A stretch of 64,000 nucleotides of DNA from a virus, in the IMG/VR virus record IMGVR_UViG_3300042889_001061, positions 32,001 through 96,000 of that record. One strand, written 5' to 3'. Under the pieces are notes generated by a model, which was not told the origin of the DNA, did no database searches, and saw only the letters and a program-made list of their open reading frames with translations. Made by a program: the position numbers and the translations under genes. Of the stretch, positions 57,522-64,000 are shown piece after piece (positions within the stretch are counted from its first letter, which is position 1; each line of letters begins with the position of its first letter).

Positions 57522-57604
57522 AGTTGTAATCTTATTGTAACAGTATTTCTATTAAATATAACATCGCTGGTCAGCGGCGTACAATGTGATAAATGGCTGA
57601 CACT

Positions 57605-57627
57605 AAGAGCCCATGGGCTCTTTTTTT
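57605..57627 (+). terminator. Rho-independent terminator
   Basis: aagagccc-at-gggctctt plus T tract. Confidence 0.7.
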
Positions 57628-57669
57628 ATGGTTAACAGCGTTGTAATCGAATTTTGGTTAAATATTACT

Positions 57670-58461
57670 ATGACAACCAAAACATATCGCAGTATTTTTA
57701 TCAGTGACATACATTTAGGTACAAGAGATTGTAAAGCAGAAAAACTAAATAACTTTTTAAAACATAATACCTGCGATACCTTATATCTAGTGGGTGATAT
57801 AATAGATGCATGGCGAATACAACAAAATAAATGGCGTTGGAAACAAAGTCATACCAATGTTGTTCGTAGAATACTAGGACATGCAAAAAGAGGCACACGA
57901 GTTATATATGTAGCAGGCAATCATGATGAATTTCTTAGACCAATGATACCCTATGGATTTAGCTTTGGATCAATTGAGATTTGTAATCAAACAAATCACA
58001 CCGGTGTGGATGGACTAAAATATCTTGTTGTTCATGGTGATTTGTTTGATGGTATTACAAGACTGGCACCTTGGTTATCATTTTTAGGAGACAGGGCATA
58101 TGATTTCATTTTATCGCTTAATAGCAAGTTCAATTGGATACGCCATCGCTTTGGTTTTGGGTATTTTAGTCTTAGTAAATATCTCAAACATAGAGTAAAA
58201 AAAGCCATAGACTTTATGTTCAAGTTCGAACAAAATCTTGCTGGCTATTGTAAGAAGCGTGGCTTTGACGGAGTTATTTGCGGACATATACATCACGCAG
58301 AAATCAAAGACATTGACGGGGTTAAATATATGAATGATGGTGACTGGGTCGAAAGTTGTACTGCTTTAGTAGAACATCACAGCGGTCACTGGGAAATCAT
58401 TACATGGACCAAGGAGAAAGACAATGTGGTTATTGATCCTATTAGCAATTCACAGCAATGA
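57670..58461 (+). CDS. LpxH2/PlcP-like metallophosphoesterase
   Basis: SDIHLG, GDIID, GNHD, HGD, GHIH, NDGDWVESCTALVE. Confidence 0.88.
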   Translation: MTTKTYRSIFISDIHLGTRDCKAEKLNNFLKHNTCDTLYLVGDIIDAWRIQQNKWRWKQSHTNVVRRILGHAKRGTRVIYVAGNHDEFLRPMIPYGFSFGSIEICNQTNHTGVDGLKYLVVHGDLFDGITRLAPWLSFLGDRAYDFILSLNSKFNWIRHRFGFGYFSLSKYLKHRVKKAIDFMFKFEQNLAGYCKKRGFDGVICGHIHHAEIKDIDGVKYMNDGDWVESCTALVEHHSGHWEIITWTKEKDNVVIDPISNSQQ

Positions 58462-58590
58462 TCCAAAAGATGTTCCGGGACGAATAGAACTAACATTCCA
58501 AGATAAGGTATCCTGTGAACAAAGTTTACAAACTATGACTTATTGGTTAAAGTTTAATCAATTCAAAATTGAAGGAAGGTGTATAAAAAA

Positions 58591-59301
58591 ATGAAAATCA
58601 GTGATAAAATTACCATTGTAGTACCCTGCAAGAATGAAGAAAACTACATCGCACATTTATTAATGCATTTGCGCCAGCAATCAATTGGCAATACTAGAAT
58701 TATCATTGCAGATTGTAGTACGGACAATACACGAGAAGTTATAGAAATAATGAAAGGCGAATTGAATGTTGAAGTCATCGACGGAGGCCCTGTGTCTTTG
58801 GCCAAGAACAATGGAGCCGCAATGGTCACTACTCCTTATATCTTATTCATCGATGCTGATGTTCGATTCTTCAAGGACTCAGTAATACAAGACGCTGTTA
58901 ATATTATCGAATCAAAGAATTTAGATTTAGTTGGATTGAAAATCAAGTGTTATGATCGTGATCTAAGAGCCCATCTTGGATTCATTATTTTTAATACTAT
59001 AAACCATGCCATGAAGTATTTTTCACCTTTTGCAGTTGGAGCTTTCATGCTGACACGCAGAGACAGGTTTGAGGAATATGGCGGCTTCCCTGAAAACTTT
59101 TCAACCAGCGAAGACTACTTCTTGAGCCGCAAGTACAGCCCACGAAAGTTTAGAATTGTCCGACATCATTTTGGACAAGATAGTCGCAGGTTCAAGAAGA
59201 TGGGTTATATGGGCATGGCCAAGTATCTTGTAAAAAACTTTGTCAACCGCAACAATAAAGCATACTGGGACAGTTTAGACTCTTCAAAATATTGGAGTTA
59301 A
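58591..59301 (+). CDS. Glycosyltransferase family 2
   Basis: VVPCKNEE, DCSTDNT, FIDAD, GGFPE...SED. Confidence 0.9.
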   Translation: MKISDKITIVVPCKNEENYIAHLLMHLRQQSIGNTRIIIADCSTDNTREVIEIMKGELNVEVIDGGPVSLAKNNGAAMVTTPYILFIDADVRFFKDSVIQDAVNIIESKNLDLVGLKIKCYDRDLRAHLGFIIFNTINHAMKYFSPFAVGAFMLTRRDRFEEYGGFPENFSTSEDYFLSRKYSPRKFRIVRHHFGQDSRRFKKMGYMGMAKYLVKNFVNRNNKAYWDSLDSSKYWS

Positions 59302-59353
59302 TTGACATAAATTCATTTTGGTAATATAATACTATTTTACGAAAGGAAATAGT

Positions 59354-59548
59354 ATGACTGTTACTGTAGCAAGAATGAACGACAGAGTTGTCGAAGTTGT
59401 CAGGGTCGTAGACACTGTTTCCTTTTCCACCGAGCGTGGCTGGGTCATGGTATGTTTCGACTTTGAAAAAGCAGAGCGTAAAAAAAGCGAATTCCGTTGG
59501 GTACCTGCAAGCACCCGATTTGACTGGGTTCGCACGTTTGCTTTCTAA
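59354..59548 (+). CDS. Small early protein
   Basis: Promoter plus AGGA SD. Confidence 0.6.
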   Translation: MTVTVARMNDRVVEVVRVVDTVSFSTERGWVMVCFDFEKAERKKSEFRWVPASTRFDWVRTFAF

Positions 59549-59618
59549 ACCCAATTAATTGACACAAATTGGGTTTGGCTTTATAATACATACATAGTAA
59601 ACAAAACAGGAGTCGAAA

Positions 59619-59909
59619 ATGGGTTTAAGATACGATACATTGGGTGAGATGATTACTTTGAACGAACAAGAAAAACGTGAAGTTCGTATGTATGGCGTCA
59701 CTGAAAAGGGTATGCGTGAAGCAGTTGAAAGTTCAATTACTTTCAAACTTTCTGGACCTATGATGATGGCCGCGGGCATTCTCAGCGATGCACAAGAAAT
59801 GATTAACACAGAATACGGCGAAGTTGACAGTATGCGAGCAGAAGATGCTCGTCAAGCGATTAATCGTGCTAAGTGGATCATGTTTGAATACATGGACAAA
59901 CCACGTTAA
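59619..59909 (+). CDS. Early hypothetical protein
   Basis: Promoter cassette plus GGAG SD. Confidence 0.65.
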   Translation: MGLRYDTLGEMITLNEQEKREVRMYGVTEKGMREAVESSITFKLSGPMMMAAGILSDAQEMINTEYGEVDSMRAEDARQAINRAKWIMFEYMDKPR

Positions 59910-59944
59910 TTGATACAAATTGTTTTTGGTGTTATAATATACAC

Positions 59945-60130
59945 ATAGTAAGAAAATAAGGTTGCTGAAGTAAAGAGCACGTAAGTCCGCTTGAGGAACA
60001 GCGGTAAAGCCCCAGAGCACTGGGGCACTTAGGTGGGGCAACGGATAATTACGGTTCGTTCAAAAAGCAAGCCACGCGAAAGCAAAAAGGCAAGCAGGAA
60101 CGATTAAATGGGCCTAGCCCAGCCAATCTA
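59945..60130 (+). ncRNA. Putative structured non-coding RNA, family unrecognised
   Basis: Own promoter at 59910; no credible ORF; several nested helices including a GAAA tetraloop. Confidence 0.6.
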
Positions 60131-60147
60131 ATTTAACAGGAGTTGAA

Positions 60148-60342
60148 ATGAAAGATAAAGAAAGAGCAAAAAAACTTGCCAAGGCAAGAGAGTTGATTGC
60201 ACGAGCCGAGGACTTGATTTCAGAAGCCTTGCCGGCCACTGAGTACAGTCAAGACATGTGTTTTTCACTGTATAAAAATTATGTATCATTGGAAAGCGAT
60301 GTTGCATTTTATAAACACGGCGAAGTTGATCCCGTCCGTTAA
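60148..60342 (+). CDS. Early hypothetical protein
   Basis: AGGAG SD. Confidence 0.6.
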   Translation: MKDKERAKKLAKARELIARAEDLISEALPATEYSQDMCFSLYKNYVSLESDVAFYKHGEVDPVR

Positions 60343-60351
60343 GGAACTGTC

Positions 60352-60588
60352 ATGGGTTTTGTAGTTTATAACAAAGAAAACGGCCGAGGAGAACGGTATT
60401 ACAAAACCGAATCCGTGGCCAAGTCACAGGTCACTCGTCATAACAAAGAATTGGATTGGCGTGGCCGACCTGTGTCAGAATGGGCACATTGCTCATATCT
60501 CGAATATGAAGGTATTCTAATGGGAATGAATGATTCTACTTGGTGTATGTGGAAGTTCTTCCAACAAGGAAAATTTGCCACTAGTTGA
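60352..60588 (+). CDS. Early hypothetical protein
   Basis: AGGA SD. Confidence 0.6.
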   Translation: MGFVVYNKENGRGERYYKTESVAKSQVTRHNKELDWRGRPVSEWAHCSYLEYEGILMGMNDSTWCMWKFFQQGKFATS

Positions 60589-60644
60589 CTATGAATAGCG
60601 AAAAATGTTGCAGTATGATAAATATAATGTTAGGAGAAACAAAC

Positions 60645-60869
60645 ATGGCAACATTTAAAGAGTGGCAAGCGGCAAATTTGACAGAACAACAGCAAGAAGA
60701 GTGCAATCAATTGGGCGTGGAATATCAAGATAAATTAATTGCATCAAACGCAAATATTTCGGTAAATCCACCAACATGGTCTACTGATGATGAAAGATGC
60801 ACATTTTATAATAACGTTAATCCAAAATTCAACGAATATTGGAAACGATACGAACTTGCTAATACGTAA
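60645..60869 (+). CDS. Hypothetical protein
   Basis: TAAATA and AGGAG before ATG at 60645. Confidence 0.55.
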   Translation: MATFKEWQAANLTEQQQEECNQLGVEYQDKLIASNANISVNPPTWSTDDERCTFYNNVNPKFNEYWKRYELANT

Positions 60870-60886
60870 TATAGAAGTATACATTT

Positions 60887-60913
60887 AAAAACCCGGATTT
60901 TCCGGGTTTTTTT
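60887..60913 (+). terminator. Rho-independent terminator
   Basis: aaaacccgga/tccgggtttt plus T tract. Confidence 0.8.
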
Positions 60914-60990
60914 ATGTCAAAAATATCCGTTAATTGACTGAAATTGATTTTGGTGCTACAATGTTTGTATTGTAGTTAAAAGGAGTCAAA

Positions 60991-61209
60991 ATGATTACCA
61001 GCACAGAATACAGTATGTTCACAGATCAAGGCAATCTTGCCGTTGCGGCCTTGGTCAACTATGCCCGAGTGGCAGGCCTTACTTGGCCCGAAACTTGTCG
61101 TTGTTTGGAATCTCTGTCCAGAAATGATGCTTACGGAGAAGCCATGGATACAGCGGTACGAGAATGTGTCTATAGTGCTCTTGGATTTGAGTCAAATTTT
61201 TATTGCTAA
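60991..61209 (+). CDS. Early hypothetical protein
   Basis: Promoter cassette; YSMFT..GN.AV...EA.DTAVRE. Confidence 0.65.
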   Translation: MITSTEYSMFTDQGNLAVAALVNYARVAGLTWPETCRCLESLSRNDAYGEAMDTAVRECVYSALGFESNFYC

Positions 61210-61264
61210 ATTGACTGAAATTGGTTTTGGTGTTATAATTAATACTTAGCAACAAGGAGATGGT

Positions 61265-61528
61265 ATGAAAGAAATCAAAATTAAAGTATTCGGTGATTCA
61301 GGTCATGCGTGGGCCCGCTTCCCAAAAGCTCGCTTGGTCAAACTTGGCATCGCTGATAAGATCACTCCCTACAGTTATCAAAATGGTGTGAATGCCTTTT
61401 TGGAAGAAGACTGTGACTTGTCAACACTAATTAACACTTTGCAGGCCAAAGGCTTTAAGGTCAAGTTCGAAGAAAGTTTTACCAATAAGTCCAGCAAGAT
61501 TCGCGGCTATTGCAGTTACCAGGCTTAA
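61265..61528 (+). CDS. Early hypothetical protein (DxGHxW...LEEDCD motif)
   Basis: Promoter cassette. Confidence 0.65.
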   Translation: MKEIKIKVFGDSGHAWARFPKARLVKLGIADKITPYSYQNGVNAFLEEDCDLSTLINTLQAKGFKVKFEESFTNKSSKIRGYCSYQA

Positions 61529-61582
61529 TTGACTGAAATTGGTTTTTGGTGTTATAATACATTATCGCAACAAGGAGTAGAC

Positions 61583-61750
61583 ATGAAACTTACTACAGCA
61601 ATTTCGGTTTTAGAAAAAGATGCTAAATTTTTAGGTATGAGCTTTCTCAGCTATATCAAATTTGTCAGAGACAACCCTTTGGCTCAAACTCAAAAAACTA
61701 TGGAAGCCTATCGTGTGTTTACCGCAGAGGCTACGGCGTTCTTTGCTTAA
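61583..61750 (+). CDS. Early hypothetical protein
   Basis: Promoter cassette, AGGAG SD. Confidence 0.6.
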   Translation: MKLTTAISVLEKDAKFLGMSFLSYIKFVRDNPLAQTQKTMEAYRVFTAEATAFFA

Positions 61751-61756
61751 GGATTG

Positions 61757-62068
61757 ATGATGAAACGAATTTTAGCAGTGGTATTGGTTAGCACATTGTT
61801 TACTGGTTGTGCTCAACTACAAGATGGTGCCCGCAGATATATGACATCTCCTGCAGAATTGGCAGTAGAAGATTGTAATAAAATGGGGTTCAAATCAGGA
61901 ACTCAGTCATTTCAGAATTGCGTACTGACGACTAGTCAAAGTATCAGAAACGCAAGAGCACAACAAGCCGCGGCTTCCGAAGCCGCACGGATTTCAGCTG
62001 AAAGATCACGTCCTAGATCTATTAATTGTACTAGGACTGGTTCATATGTTAATTGCACAGAGTTTTAA
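61757..62068 (+). CDS. Lipoprotein
   Basis: Lipobox FTGC; C..MGF..GT..F.NC. Confidence 0.7.
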   Translation: MMKRILAVVLVSTLFTGCAQLQDGARRYMTSPAELAVEDCNKMGFKSGTQSFQNCVLTTSQSIRNARAQQAAASEAARISAERSRPRSINCTRTGSYVNCTEF

Positions 62069-62150
62069 GTTGTAAAAATACCCAATAATTGACATAAATT
62101 GGTTTTGGTTGTATAATACTTACATAGCGAAACAAAACAAGGAGTTGGCA

Positions 62151-62348
62151 ATGGGCTATCGTGTTATGAATTCTGTGGACAATATGCGTGAAAAGTATGG
62201 AGCCCGTGCGGGCTTGGAAGGTCCTTTCAACTACGATGGTCGCGTTCTTTACTACGATCCAAAAGAAGGCGCCTACTACGATCCAACCACAGACTTCTAT
62301 GTGGAGAATGATGAGTTGGCCATCATCATGAAAATGTCTAACGTCTAA
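62151..62348 (+). CDS. Early hypothetical protein
   Basis: GLEGPF...LYYDPKEG.YYDP.TD. Confidence 0.65.
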   Translation: MGYRVMNSVDNMREKYGARAGLEGPFNYDGRVLYYDPKEGAYYDPTTDFYVENDELAIIMKMSNV

Positions 62349-62357
62349 GGAGAAGAG

Positions 62358-62600
62358 ATGATTGATACAACTCAAGAATACACCGTAGAGCACAACGGCC
62401 GCTCATTCACATTCAAGCATGGCGATCCATTTGATCGCGGCATGTCAGACAGCTACTATGGTCGCATCCGTGGACCACACAAAGGCGGCGTTGGCGGCAA
62501 CAGCGGCCTTCGCAACACGAACCTCTCTCTGCAAGAGATCGCAGACTACGGTGCTGGCTATAACTATAACGAAGCTTCTGGCGACAAGAAAGAATATTGA
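62358..62600 (+). CDS. Early hypothetical protein
   Basis: HG.PFDRG.SDSYYGR...P. Confidence 0.65.
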   Translation: MIDTTQEYTVEHNGRSFTFKHGDPFDRGMSDSYYGRIRGPHKGGVGGNSGLRNTNLSLQEIADYGAGYNYNEASGDKKEY

Positions 62601-62656
62601 CACAAATTGGGTTTGGCGTTATAATATATACATACAGCAACAAAAAGGACTTGAAA

Positions 62657-63040
62657 ATGACAGCATTTACATCTTGGGAAGAAATGACAGAGTTAGAGCA
62701 GGCCCAGACTACATTCTGGGATATGTACAAGGATGCTCATGGTTTCCGTCCACGCCACGTTGACACTTCTACCTGGACACTCGCGCAGTTCGAGCAAGAG
62801 TTTGTTGAGTTGTCAGAAGTGATGAAAGCCAACGATATCCAACAAGGTATCCAAGAAGCGATTGCCACTGAGAATTTTGAACGACGTGTTGCAGAGTTGT
62901 TGAGCATGGGTGCTAAAGACTATGCCATGGCTTTACGTTGGATCCACGAAGCTGAAGAGACTAATGGCGACGACAGCTACCTTGCTTGGACACTGGGCTT
63001 GCCCTATCGTTACTTTGCTAAACAAACCCAAACAGTTTAA
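62657..63040 (+). CDS. Early hypothetical protein
   Basis: DMYKDAHGFRPR motif; promoter cassette. Confidence 0.7.
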   Translation: MTAFTSWEEMTELEQAQTTFWDMYKDAHGFRPRHVDTSTWTLAQFEQEFVELSEVMKANDIQQGIQEAIATENFERRVAELLSMGAKDYAMALRWIHEAEETNGDDSYLAWTLGLPYRYFAKQTQTV

Positions 63041-63051
63041 TAGGAGACACT

Positions 63052-63393
63052 ATGTCTAATAAATTACTAGTTCGCTTCCAACGTCAAGTTGAATCGCAGA
63101 ATGCCACACTGGCCAAGTTCAAGTTGGCCCTGGACAAAGATCCGGCTCACGCTCTTACTTGGGGCTTGGATGCTTTCCGCAGTGCCGCAACTCTTAAAGT
63201 TCTGAATCAAATCGTTGGTTCATTGGAAGCAGGCCACGCAGACATGGAGAACATCAAAGCCACATTGATGGATCGTGTTTTGCATCGTAGCAAGTACCCT
63301 GCACAAAGCACTAGTCCAACCAGCAACCTCATGGAACAATATGAGTTGTCGGCCTGCGCTGAAATCCTGTCAGATTTGCAGTACATAGATTAA
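63052..63393 (+). CDS. Early hypothetical protein
   Basis: AGGAG SD; STSPTSNL. Confidence 0.65.
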   Translation: MSNKLLVRFQRQVESQNATLAKFKLALDKDPAHALTWGLDAFRSAATLKVLNQIVGSLEAGHADMENIKATLMDRVLHRSKYPAQSTSPTSNLMEQYELSACAEILSDLQYID

Positions 63394-63453
63394 TTGACTG
63401 AAATTGGTTTTGGTGTTATAATATATACATACAGAAACAAAAAGGACTTGAAA

Positions 63454-63720
63454 ATGCGTAAACAACAAATCGTCAGTGGAATGAATAACAGCCAAAAGAT
63501 CCGTTTTATTGTCAACGGTTTTGGTATGTATTGCAAGGTCTCTGACATTGAAAACTTTGCTACCAGCCCACATCGTGTTGCAGTTATTTCAGCATTACAG
63601 CATCTACAATGCGACCGTGATTTGCACAAGAGCACAGGCAGAAAAGACATGCCAACAGGCTTTGGAACTCGTAGTACATTCCAAGGTGTTGACATTGATG
63701 TTCAGGTAAACTTGGCATGA
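63454..63720 (+). CDS. Early hypothetical protein
   Basis: Promoter cassette. Confidence 0.6.
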   Translation: MRKQQIVSGMNNSQKIRFIVNGFGMYCKVSDIENFATSPHRVAVISALQHLQCDRDLHKSTGRKDMPTGFGTRSTFQGVDIDVQVNLA

Positions 63721-64000
63721 TAAAAGAATTATTGAATCCCATTGAAGTCATGCAAGTGCAAATTGATTTAGAAAAGCGTGGCATAAAGAATTATAATATG
63801 CAAGCAGGCAATGATTGCATTTGGGTTAACTATGGTTTGGTTAACTGCTATTACATTTTTCGCAATGGCGAAATTGCAGATGTTCAAGTTGATTGATCAT
63901 GGACACAATACTAATGTTTATTGGAGTGATTGTTTTTATTGCAATCAAGTTTTGGCTTTTAACTAAAATCTAAAGGACTTATAATGTTGACAATTCAAGA

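Larger units (their letters stand above)
47333..63422 (+). promoter_or_regulatory. Repeated early sigma70 promoter element (13 copies)
   Basis: TTGAC(A/T)-aaattggttttggtg-like spacer-TATAAT with -35 at 47333, 47458, 49249, 49476, 59302, 59559, 59910, 60934, 61211, 61529, 62089, 62597, 63394. Confidence 0.9.

Noticed and set aside
61529-63453. TTG-start extensions (MTEIGF.../MTQIGF...) at 61529, 62597 and 63394 as a shared protein leader
   Set aside because: They are translations of the repeated promoter. SD-supported ATGs lie at 61583, 62657 and 63454.
5750-63784. Many short antisense or out-of-frame ORFs nested in long genes (e.g. 14911-15219, 35078-35437, 43297-43689, 47355-47633)
   Set aside because: Shadow ORFs of well-supported genes or tRNA, with no SD or motifs.
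1-64000. CRISPR array
   Set aside because: No regularly spaced identical repeats with unique spacers. The repeats found are promoters, coding junctions or collagen codons.
1-64000. Alternative genetic code (stop-codon reassignment)
   Set aside because: Conserved genes translate full length in the standard code, and TAA, TGA and TAG all end genes.

Overview
A 64-kb, AT-rich, gene-dense segment of a large T4-like/jumbo dsDNA bacteriophage. The host is probably a freshwater proteobacterium: a Bug/TctC gene suggests Burkholderiales, while the tmRNA T-loop looks alphaproteobacterial. Left to right: (1) replication genes (gp62-like clamp-loader subunit, miniature DnaE-like protein, primase, helicase) with an inserted fatty-acid desaturase. 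(2) Late/virion-type genes behind TAAATA promoters. (3) Exonuclease, nrdA/nrdB, glutaredoxin, PAAR. (4) A Ser-type tRNA body with an Arg(CCG) anticodon, and a permuted two-piece tmRNA with a long structured intervening segment. (5) PP-loop genes and Bug/TctC. (6) An ~8-kb island (29.5-37.9 kb) headed by an orphan double-receiver LuxR regulator, encoding Gly/Tyr-rich, collagen-like and BclA-like proteins, proteins sharing N- or C-terminal peptide tags, and a papain protease; it resembles a spore-coat/exosporium assembly locus and is my best candidate for an undescribed system. (7) apt, radical SAM genes and a translation/proteostasis cluster (clpX, infC, rpsU, ROSE-controlled sHSP, clpS), then tRNA-Cys. 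(8) A hyperplastic early region with repeated sigma70 promoter cassettes, a tandem 'MNxRI...EKFA...HFGVE' cassette array, a C-terminal 'FxLKW' paralog family, envelope enzymes (serine hydrolase, PBP7-like, PlcP-like plus GT2) and an unrecognised ~170-nt structured RNA. All assignments come from motif recognition by eye; no database searches were run.
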